Below are positions 7,133-14,209 of a stretch of DNA of 26,522 bases, piece after piece (position 1 is the first letter of the stretch; every line of letters starts with the position of its first letter). Origin of the DNA: a virus (lineage: Duplodnaviria > Caudoviricetes); IMG/VR virus record IMGVR_UViG_3300031519_000183, positions 1 through 26,522 of that record. One strand, written 5' to 3'. Both the position numbers and the translations under genes were made by a program. The notes below the pieces were generated by a model. That model had not been told where the DNA came from, did no database searches, and was given only the letters and a program-made list of their open reading frames with translations.

Positions 7133-7230
7133 GATCCTTGTACTCCGTTAGGCTGTACTCTCCAGCCTGGGATCTTGCTTTGAGGGGGATGTTTTAATTC
7201 CTTTTTTCATCCCTCTCAAGGCATCTTTTT
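7133..7230 (+). ncRNA. Candidate trans-acting anti-RBS small RNA
   Basis: Stems 7133-7138/7169-7174, 7150-7155/7163-7168 and 7176-7191/7208-7223 (16 bp) then TCTTTTT; non-canonical pairs are G-U on + but A-C on -; loops complementary to early-gene RBSs. Confidence 0.6.
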
Positions 7231-7266
7231 AAATCAAAAGCCGGCTCTTGACATTATCCCACCCTC

Positions 7267-7503
7267 TCATGGGTTGTGAGGCTCAATCACAGGCACATGC
7301 TTGAAGAACCAAGGCTTACACGGCCTCATGTATTCCGCAAACATTGACTGCTTCTCGATCACTGCCTTCTTAGCATCCAGGTCACTGTTCCTTGCACAGA
7401 TCAGGCACGGCGCTTGATAACTCTTAGCCCTACCGCTGAACGCTTCTGGCTCTGTTGTCTTACACTTAGGACACGTTCTTACTATCTTAACCAACTTACC
7501 CAT
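7267..7503 (-). CDS. Small zinc-finger-like protein
   Basis: CPKC...CLIC; start overlaps the upstream ORF stop. Confidence 0.65.
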   Translation of the reverse strand: MGKLVKIVRTCPKCKTTEPEAFSGRAKSYQAPCLICARNSDLDAKKAVIEKQSMFAEYMRPCKPWFFKHVPVIEPHNP

Positions 7504-7636
7504 CGTTCATTATTCCTTGTTCTATTAGCTCTACAATACGCTCAAGCGAATTAGCTATACTCTCTGTTGCTTCAAGCAGCCTGATACTTTCCTCACGCTG
7601 GGCATCGAAGTCGTAGTCCACATCCATTTCACTCAT
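7496..7636 (-). CDS. Small acidic hypothetical protein (46 aa)
   Basis: Below ORF-track cutoff: MSEMDVDYDFDAQREESIRLLEATESIANSLERIVELIEQGIMNDG, with AAGGAA RBS. Confidence 0.65.
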   Translation of the reverse strand: MSEMDVDYDFDAQREESIRLLEATESIANSLERIVELIEQGIMNDG

Positions 7637-7796
7637 TGGTTTCGTTCCTTAAATAAATTAGGTGATGCGTTTTGGGGCTAGTGCATCAAGCTAGTTTCCA
7701 CAGCAAAAAATACAAGGTTTAGCCCGACCGAGGGTTTTGGATACCCAAAGCCAAACGCTTATACTTTTTACCCCTCCCAGAGACGCACGAACGCCC

Positions 7797-8036
7797 CTAT
7801 AAATTCCTCTCCTTTGATACAACCTTCTTCAACTCATCAAGATACCACTGTGCTTTTTTGAGATCTTCAAGTTGATTAGTTGTTTGCTTACTCTCGTATC
7901 GCCACAGGTACTTGATGTTGTTACCTTTCAGGTATCCTTTGAATGCCTCCGCGCTCATGCTTGCTTTGATCGCATCGATGCACTCGACATTGCCCTCCTT
8001 GTAATGACTTGGGTTTACTGCATCATGCCCAGACAT
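7797..8036 (-). CDS. DUF3310 family protein (T7 gp1.7-like)
   Basis: VNPSHY..G.VECIDAI...GYLKGN.IKYLWRY..K...EDLKKA.WYL signature; start set at MSGHD behind GGAG (alternative 8057). Confidence 0.9.
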   Translation of the reverse strand: MSGHDAVNPSHYKEGNVECIDAIKASMSAEAFKGYLKGNNIKYLWRYESKQTTNQLEDLKKAQWYLDELKKVVSKERNL

Positions 8037-8439
8037 GTTTCTTTCTCCCGCCATCATACTTAATTGCCAGACCTTCGTTGATCAGTGTCGCTGAGATGTT
8101 GATGCCATCTAGGGTATACAGGTTGATTAACAATCGCCCGTACTTGTCCAGCTTACCCCCATCCAGGCTCTCTATGTACACCTCCTTACCACAGAGCACC
8201 TTCATCCTCGCCTTACCCTCAAGGCCCATCTCTTTCTCCCTGATCCGCTCAGGCTGACGCCGTGTATTGATCCGCGACTCAGGTGTATCGATACCATGTG
8301 ACCGGCACCGCTGCTTAGTCTTTGTGATGCCGAACCCCATCGGGATGTCGATATCAATCGTGTCACCATCGATGACCCGGACCACCTTCGCTTTGAAGAT
8401 GTACTCCTGCTTGATGTTCTTCTTGTTAGTCAGCTTCAT
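8023..8439 (-). CDS. Thermonuclease (SNase-like) family protein
   Basis: VVRVIDGDTID, R..GIDTPE, DKYGRLL and LINEGLA..Y.GG motifs. Confidence 0.92.
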   Translation of the reverse strand: MKLTNKKNIKQEYIFKAKVVRVIDGDTIDIDIPMGFGITKTKQRCRSHGIDTPESRINTRRQPERIREKEMGLEGKARMKVLCGKEVYIESLDGGKLDKYGRLLINLYTLDGINISATLINEGLAIKYDGGRKKHVWA

Positions 8440-8440
8440 A

Positions 8441-8677
8441 CTATGGCCTCTCTATTCTGTTGTCGGTCTTGCCGTGATACCGCTCGACATCATCTGTCTT
8501 GGGCAGGAACCTACCCCTGGAATCCCGTGGCTGCTCGTCCTTATCTACTTCAAGGTCTGCTTGATCTTCTCTAAACTCTTTGAGTTCAGTCAGCATCCTG
8601 TCAAACCCCCGCCTGTTACGCCAAAATGTTTGATACATTCCTGCCGCCCAGTTTTTAAACTGTGTAAAAATACTCAT
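8441..8677 (-). CDS. Hypothetical protein
   Basis: AGGAG RBS; contains PRDSRGRF motif. Confidence 0.7.
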   Translation of the reverse strand: MSIFTQFKNWAAGMYQTFWRNRRGFDRMLTELKEFREDQADLEVDKDEQPRDSRGRFLPKTDDVERYHGKTDNRIERP

Positions 8678-8719
8678 CGTGCTTTTCTCCTTTGTTAAAT
8701 AAATATTTTATGAGGTGTG

Positions 8720-9418
8720 CTAATGCTTAACCATATTCATAAGTTGTGGAAAGCTAAAAGGTGCGGCAGGATATCTTTGGGATGATTGCCTGCCTTGATA
8801 CTTGGGATTTAAGGCGTGAATGTATAAGCTTTCCAGTACATCTAATTGCTTTTTTTCGCAAGGGATGTAAGCGTAACGATCAAATACCTTAACTTCATAC
8901 TTGTTGTTTGCATGATCTCTTACTCTTGTGTCTACAGACACAGACTGACCAACGTATACCACTTGATCGTCTTGAATTAAAAAATAAACACCACACTTTG
9001 ATTTGAACGGCGCAGACTTAGCAACAATCTCACTGACATCCAACATGTATTTACCCGTCAACGTATCGCTTAATAAGTTCATCTTAATTTCATGAGATGC
9101 CTTTGACTTTAAGTCTTGAGCTTCCTTTTCTAACTCTAATCGAACCTTAGATATCTCAAGGCGGCCTGACTTTTTAAGTGCCGTAGCTGTTTGATCTATC
9201 TCCATGCACTCTGCTCTGGCGCGGGCTATCACATCCAAAGCCCTGTAAAACTTACTTCCATTGTGAATGCTATGTCTTATAGGATTGCCAGACCTTTCCG
9301 CTTTTGCTATGTAGCTTAATGCCTGCAAACCTCCAACTGTAAACCATTTATTCATTGTTCCTAGAGACACCCATGAACGTCTATGTTCTTTCGGTACATA
9401 AGAGGGCCAACGATCCAT
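8720..9418 (-). CDS. GIY-YIG nuclease-domain protein (domain at C-terminus)
   Basis: CGVYFL...VVYVGQS....R...H...LE..YI..LNP.Y; start set at the TGATG overlap with the primase stop (GGAG upstream). Confidence 0.8.
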   Translation of the reverse strand: MDRWPSYVPKEHRRSWVSLGTMNKWFTVGGLQALSYIAKAERSGNPIRHSIHNGSKFYRALDVIARARAECMEIDQTATALKKSGRLEISKVRLELEKEAQDLKSKASHEIKMNLLSDTLTGKYMLDVSEIVAKSAPFKSKCGVYFLIQDDQVVYVGQSVSVDTRVRDHANNKYEVKVFDRYAYIPCEKKQLDVLESLYIHALNPKYQGRQSSQRYPAAPFSFPQLMNMVKH

Positions 9419-11445
9419 CACTCTATCTCCCATGGTTTTTGTGCGGTTGATTCCGCGAGGTAGTGCCACATCGCTTGGCCTGGGATGCTGAAGGTCAGCA
9501 CCTTATGACCTAGGTTTCCTTGCACATAGCTAACTGCTTTCATACATGCCTTCTGACCATTAGCCTTGTTGTGTCTACGCAACTGAGCCTTGGCAATTAG
9601 CTCCAACTCAGCACGTTTATAGTAGGTATCTACTTTCATTCCCTTCAACACGATGCCTGCTATCTCCACCTCATCCTCAGGAGATACAACTTTCGTTTGC
9701 CTCTTGCCGAGGTCACTGACAGTCCAGACACCTAGCTCAAAGTCAAAGAAGGCGAGGTGCTCATCAGGATCTTTTGCGTTACGCGCCTCATAGTAGAAGG
9801 AGACATTAGGTTTCTCACCGGCCAGCTTGATACCACTGTCGAACCATCCTGCGAACACGGACCCACCACGGGCTGACATGAAGGTCTTATCATCCGCCCT
9901 CTCCTTACCTGTGTGGTGAGCCAACATGACCGCGCAGTTGTTCATCTCTGCAAGCTTATCCACCCGATCAAGCAGCTTACGGATCTCTGTGTTGCTGTTC
10001 TCCTCGCCATCAAAGAAGTTAATGATGGGATCAATCATGATGAGGTCAGGCTTGTGAAACTGTATCTCTTCGTGGAATGCTTGGATGTCTTGGTCAGTCA
10101 TTAAGTTTTTTCGTAACCGGCCTGACACGATGAGGTTGTCGTACCCCATGCGTACCATGTCTTCATCATCACCGAACCTCCTGAAGTATGTCTCGATCCT
10201 ATCCTTCAGGAATTCTTTGATGATCTCTGCTTGAAACCAGATCACCTTGAGAGGTTTAACGAATGGCACACCCATAAAATCTGTGCCTGTCGTTGCTCCC
10301 GCCGCGAACGCGCCTAGGAAATTAGACTTACCGATCTTTGGTTTACCCAGCAGCAGAATTCTACTGTTCTTAAATACAAAGGCATCACCCCAGTACTGTT
10401 CGACGCTATCTGTTTGCGTTTCTTCTTGCCATTCCTTATGGCTGAAGGGTACTAGACCAAGAGGTCCACGCTCACTGGGCTCCTCGGCAACCAGCACTGG
10501 GTCTTCCTGATCCTGTATCTCCTTGAGATCCTCGCTGATCTGGGTCTGCCACTCGCTGGTCTTCCATTCATTGACACCAGCGTTGATGTCATTCGGGTTT
10601 CGTTTGATGTGTCCTTGGCAGATAGACATCACCGTGGTGGCTGTCTCGACGATGTTCATTGGGGGATCACAGGTCTGAGCCCAATCTTGGGCCTTGATCT
10701 GTATCTCCCTCATGCCCCAGCCTTCCTTGATCCACTTGCCTACAAGTCTGGCAAGCTTATCGTTGCGACCACCTTCCGCAACGGCATCATCGTTGAGCTT
10801 GTCACGCAGGGTGGGCTCGATCTCGCCGTCACTGTTGAACAAGGAGATAGATGTGATGTCTTCCTCGGTCAACCAGGGGAGCTCATCCATCGATGTCAGG
10901 CCAACCGATTGATTACAGTGCATGGCGTACCCGGCTGATGGTGCGATCATCACATAGCCGCCCACGCCACGGGTATCGATCTTGTTGGCCCCGGCTCCGG
11001 TCCTCACTGTGTGCTGCCCTACACCATAAAAGTAATGAGCGCCACCCCTAGGAGTACGTTGCACTAAAGGGCTTTGTGTGATACCACCACCAGATATCCA
11101 CTCGACTGCCTCATCTGAGTCAGCATCGATGACCACAAAGGTAATGCCGGTTATCGCAGCCCAGTTGGCGTTAGGATATTCCTGATGCCATCGCTGGATC
11201 TCCTCATCACTGGGTTGTATCTTCTGATACGCTGCCCAGCTAACCCTTGGGGTCTTAGCCCATTTAGATTTAAGCGCAAGCTCATCATCAAACGGATGGC
11301 GCTTACGAAAGTAGGCTGGAACAATCTCAGATGGAGCACCACAGGGGATGATGTGTAAGCCATTCTCCCAACAGTCGTGCAGCCAATCAGACTTTTGCTC
11401 ACCCGTTAAATCTTTCCCGTCAAACTCCGCTTGGAAAAGACGCAT
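9418..11445 (-). CDS. Bifunctional primase-polymerase fused to RepA/AAA_25-type helicase
   Basis: Prim-Pol motifs NWA..TG..FVVIDAD and TPRGG.H.FY; PriCT-like EGGRND.L..L.G; Walker A GKPKIGKS, Walker B LIMIDP, HHTGK and RGGS. ATG 11445 follows the upstream stop. Confidence 0.92.
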   Translation of the reverse strand: MRLFQAEFDGKDLTGEQKSDWLHDCWENGLHIIPCGAPSEIVPAYFRKRHPFDDELALKSKWAKTPRVSWAAYQKIQPSDEEIQRWHQEYPNANWAAITGITFVVIDADSDEAVEWISGGGITQSPLVQRTPRGGAHYFYGVGQHTVRTGAGANKIDTRGVGGYVMIAPSAGYAMHCNQSVGLTSMDELPWLTEEDITSISLFNSDGEIEPTLRDKLNDDAVAEGGRNDKLARLVGKWIKEGWGMREIQIKAQDWAQTCDPPMNIVETATTVMSICQGHIKRNPNDINAGVNEWKTSEWQTQISEDLKEIQDQEDPVLVAEEPSERGPLGLVPFSHKEWQEETQTDSVEQYWGDAFVFKNSRILLLGKPKIGKSNFLGAFAAGATTGTDFMGVPFVKPLKVIWFQAEIIKEFLKDRIETYFRRFGDDEDMVRMGYDNLIVSGRLRKNLMTDQDIQAFHEEIQFHKPDLIMIDPIINFFDGEENSNTEIRKLLDRVDKLAEMNNCAVMLAHHTGKERADDKTFMSARGGSVFAGWFDSGIKLAGEKPNVSFYYEARNAKDPDEHLAFFDFELGVWTVSDLGKRQTKVVSPEDEVEIAGIVLKGMKVDTYYKRAELELIAKAQLRRHNKANGQKACMKAVSYVQGNLGHKVLTFSIPGQAMWHYLAESTAQKPWEIE

Positions 11446-11446
11446 G

Positions 11447-11704
11447 TCACGCAGTCCGGTAGACCCTTCTACTGTATTCACTCTCTTTAATCCCTTTTAC
11501 CTTGAACCCTAGGCTGTTAGCTGCTGCTCTGATAGCGTTCATCTGCTTCATGTTGTCATCGTCTGTCTCATCGATGAGAAAGCTATCTTCAATCTCCATG
11601 GCCTTCAAGATCTTCTGCCACTTACCGGGCCGTGACCTAAAGCTCTTAACTCTTGGTACATTCTTCTCGATGACAAAATCATCTACGGTCTTTACGTTAC
11701 TCAT
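11447..11704 (-). CDS. Small putative DNA-binding protein
   Basis: IEKNVP...KW......MEI.DSF...R.YR pattern seen in small phage proteins next to primases; start at MSNVK behind GGAG. Confidence 0.7.
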   Translation of the reverse strand: MSNVKTVDDFVIEKNVPRVKSFRSRPGKWQKILKAMEIEDSFLIDETDDDNMKQMNAIRAAANSLGFKVKGIKESEYSRRVYRTA

Positions 11705-11819
11705 CTTCTTCTCCATCGCAATCGACGCACACACCATCAATGTAATGGCACTCACATGCATCTACCTCATCGTTCATCATGTCCCACTCAACCTCTATTG
11801 CCTCTCTTAATCCCTTCAT
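11697..11819 (-). CDS. Small acidic Cys-rich peptide (40 aa)
   Basis: Below cutoff: MKGLREAIEVEWDMMNDEVDACECHYIDGVCVDCDGEEDE; AAGGA RBS; first ORF after the leftward promoter; stop overlaps the next start. Confidence 0.55.
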   Translation of the reverse strand: MKGLREAIEVEWDMMNDEVDACECHYIDGVCVDCDGEEDE

Positions 11820-11848
11820 CTAGATCATCCTTCAAAAAGTACCTCGGG

Positions 11849-11877
11849 ACTATATAAAAGATAGACTATTTATGCAA
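11849..11877 (-). promoter_or_regulatory. Leftward sigma70 promoter
   Basis: TTGCAT-N17-TATAGT on the - strand. Confidence 0.7.
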
Positions 11878-11910
11878 ACGAAAGGACAAAAAAGAAACAT
11901 ATAATATTAG

Positions 11911-11939
11911 TTGCAATGTTTTTTCCATGAGAGTAGATT
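11911..11939 (+). promoter_or_regulatory. Rightward sigma70 promoter
   Basis: TTGCAA-N17-TAGATT. Confidence 0.7.
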
Positions 11940-11964
11940 GATTTTTGTGGAGAGGAGAAACGAA

Positions 11965-12378
11965 ATGAAATATGCAGAACTTGTAGAAGCTTTGGACGTT
12001 GCGAAGAAGCAGAAAAAATTAATTGAAAGTAAGATCAAGAAATTATCTAGCCAAGTACTAGAGTGTCAAGAAGCGCAGGATTCAGTCCTGCCACTGTCCA
12101 ATCAGGGTGGTGAGCGCACCGTCAAGGGTGTGACATTTGAAGTCAAGCGAACCTACGAATGGAATCAATCACAAATTGACGCGGCATTATCGCTGCTGAA
12201 AGTTGAAGGTTTTCCATTCCTTTCGCAACTCTTTAAGGTTGACATGAAACAGTACAAGGACTGGGCATTACTTAACCCTAAGTCTGCTCAAGTCTTTTCA
12301 TCCGCCTTAGCTACCAAGCTGGGCGATCCAACCGTCAAGAAAATCGATCTTGATAAATTCAACCTTAAAGAGGAATAG
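11965..12378 (+). CDS. Conserved phage protein preceding the AAA ATPase
   Basis: ATG 11965 behind AGGAG; N-terminal coiled coil; stop overlaps the next start. Confidence 0.8.
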   Translation: MKYAELVEALDVAKKQKKLIESKIKKLSSQVLECQEAQDSVLPLSNQGGERTVKGVTFEVKRTYEWNQSQIDAALSLLKVEGFPFLSQLFKVDMKQYKDWALLNPKSAQVFSSALATKLGDPTVKKIDLDKFNLKEE

Positions 12379-13166
12379 TGATGTCTATTAAAGACGTTGT
12401 AAGAAATACCTCTGCCCATGCCGAACCTGATGGAACATACCCGCCCGTGCGGATCAATATCCAAGGGGTAGATGGCATAGGTAAGAGTACGTTTGGTGCT
12501 AACGCAGACGATGCAATCTTTATTCAAGCAGAAGATGGCTTGAAGTTTATTGATACTCAGGCGTTTCCATTGTGTGTGCAGTGGAACGACATCGTCAACT
12601 GTCTAGCAATGCTTGCTAACGATGATCACGCTTTTCGTACAGTTGTAATCGACACTACAGACGCTGCCAGCATCTTGGCCGAGGCGCATGTGTGCGAGAA
12701 GAACAAGTGGGAAAGCATTGAGACTCCTGGGTACGGCAAAGGTTTCACCGCCGTGGCTGAAGAGTTCGTTAAGCTGCTTGGCTACCTTGACCACCTGGTA
12801 AACATGAAGAAGATGAACGTCATCTTGCTGAGTCACGTTGCCGTCAAGCCGTTCAATGATCCAACGAACGAGGGCTATGATCGCTGGGAGATGCGTTGCC
12901 ACAAGAAGGTTAACCATCTCATCAAAGATTGGGTGGACTTTAATCTGTTCGCCAACTATGACGTTAACGTAGATAAGGATGGTTCAAAGAACCGTGCGAC
13001 TTCTTACGGTAACCGATCATTGCACACTAAATTTTCAGCGGGGTTTGACGCGAAGTCTAGATTAGATATTCCGCCCAAGCTTGCGTTTGAATGGGATGCA
13101 TTCATCAATGCATATAAGACGGCGCTGAATCCAGCGCAACCAACTTTAGCGAAGGGAGTTAAGTAA
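12378..13166 (+). CDS. AAA_24 / Sak4-like ATPase (putative single-strand annealing)
   Basis: Walker A GVDGIGKST, Walker B VVIDT, GYGKG, ILLSH and DAKSR; adjacent to SSB. Confidence 0.9.
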   Translation: MMSIKDVVRNTSAHAEPDGTYPPVRINIQGVDGIGKSTFGANADDAIFIQAEDGLKFIDTQAFPLCVQWNDIVNCLAMLANDDHAFRTVVIDTTDAASILAEAHVCEKNKWESIETPGYGKGFTAVAEEFVKLLGYLDHLVNMKKMNVILLSHVAVKPFNDPTNEGYDRWEMRCHKKVNHLIKDWVDFNLFANYDVNVDKDGSKNRATSYGNRSLHTKFSAGFDAKSRLDIPPKLAFEWDAFINAYKTALNPAQPTLAKGVK

Positions 13167-13167
13167 C

Positions 13168-13686
13168 ATGGGTATATTAGATAGTGGTATTAATTTAGAT
13201 GGCGTTGATGAGTCTGCGACAGGTGATTACTCACCCGTACCTGACGGTCAGTACACCATCGAGGCTGTTAAGTTTGAGTCAAAAACATACGGCAGTGGAA
13301 ACGAAGGAGTTGATGTTGAGTTCTCGATCATGGGTCCGACTCATCAGAACAGAAGGGTCTTTGAAACCTTTGTGCTGACAGGCGCGAACCCTAAGGTTGC
13401 TTTGGGTAGAATTAAAGCCTTCATGAGAAGTGCTGGTATTGATGTGGACACTGTACCTCTCAACAACCAGACGTTGAGTCAGGCTATGAACAGACCAGTT
13501 CAAGCGAACATCACCACGCAGGTTTCGGCTGGCTACAAGGATAAGAATAAGGTTCAGTCTTTCTTAGCACCGCAAGCCCAAGCTCAAGCACCGCAAGCTC
13601 AGGCTCCCGCGCCACAGGCTCAGGCTCCACAAGCCCAGGCTCCACAAGCTCAGGCACCACAAGGTAATCAGCCAGTTAACTGGTAA
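13168..13686 (+). CDS. DUF669-family ssDNA-binding protein
   Basis: YSPVPDGQY OB-fold-like start; KNKVQSF; low-complexity tail ending in W; typical position after Sak4. Confidence 0.85.
   Translation: MGILDSGINLDGVDESATGDYSPVPDGQYTIEAVKFESKTYGSGNEGVDVEFSIMGPTHQNRRVFETFVLTGANPKVALGRIKAFMRSAGIDVDTVPLNNQTLSQAMNRPVQANITTQVSAGYKDKNKVQSFLAPQAQAQAPQAQAPAPQAQAPQAQAPQAQAPQGNQPVNW
13567..13661 (+). repeat. Coding tandem repeat (APQAQ)n
   Basis: Six degenerate 15/21-bp units GC(A/T/G)CC(A/G)CA(A/G)... Confidence 0.85.
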
Positions 13687-13692
13687 GACTAC

Positions 13693-13794
13693 TGCTGTTG
13701 GGTAACCCTACAGGGTGTGGTGGCATCCTGAACCAACGCCAAAGAGAATCTCAACAGCACTTAGTACTTCTCTTTGGTGATCCACCATCTTTTT
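13693..13794 (+). ncRNA. Candidate structured cis-regulatory RNA (pseudoknot or attenuator)
   Basis: Helices 13693-13702/13750-13759, 13711-13718/13723-13730, 13737-13748/13768-13779 and 13717-13723/13782-13788, followed by T5. Confidence 0.55.
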
Positions 13795-13807
13795 ACGGAG
13801 AATAAAA

Positions 13808-13972
13808 ATGGAATTAGAGGACTCAGAGATGACAGTTAAATTCGATCCGATAGAAGAAGTTTGGTTTGCTTTTCAGAAGTCAGACGGTAACCCGTGCTTG
13901 GGGATAAGCCCTAGCATGAGCGAAGCAATGGACTACTGTGCAGAAAGAGTGATGGAGAACAAGGATGGATGA
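13808..13972 (+). CDS. Small hypothetical protein (54 aa)
   Basis: Below cutoff: MELEDSEMTVKFDPIEEVWFAFQKSDGNPCLGISPSMSEAMDYCAERVMENKDG; GGAG RBS; overlaps the next start. Confidence 0.65.
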   Translation: MELEDSEMTVKFDPIEEVWFAFQKSDGNPCLGISPSMSEAMDYCAERVMENKDG

Positions 13973-14207
13973 AAAAATAAATGACTTCCTGACCGCCGTT
14001 CAAGAACTTATGGGTGAGCATGAGACGGAAGAGTTAAACAACGCAACTCTAGTACAAGAGCTTATGTCTTTGTCAGTAAGCAACGCCTTCATCTTTGCCG
14101 TGGATCCAGATCAAGTTGATTGGACCTTGAGGTACATAAAGAAAGAAGCGTTGAAGAAACGTAAAGAGTTAGACGATGAATGTGCAAACATAGGAGATTT
14201 TTTCTAG
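13965..14207 (+). CDS. Hypothetical protein
   Basis: GGAG RBS; tightly packed in the operon. Confidence 0.7.
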   Translation: MDEKINDFLTAVQELMGEHETEELNNATLVQELMSLSVSNAFIFAVDPDQVDWTLRYIKKEALKKRKELDDECANIGDFF

Positions 14208-14209
14208 CT

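Noticed and set aside
7060-7230. CsrB/RsmZ-like GGA sponge on the - strand
   Set aside because: Several GGA words occur, but stems have A-C mismatches on -, and promoter and U-tail are on +.
7248-7280. Perfect TTGACA -35 box
   Set aside because: No -10 element at 16-18 bp.
13693-13790. HDV-like or hammerhead ribozyme, or tRNA
   Set aside because: Helix order does not fit HDV; no hammerhead CUGANGA core; no cloverleaf or T-loop.
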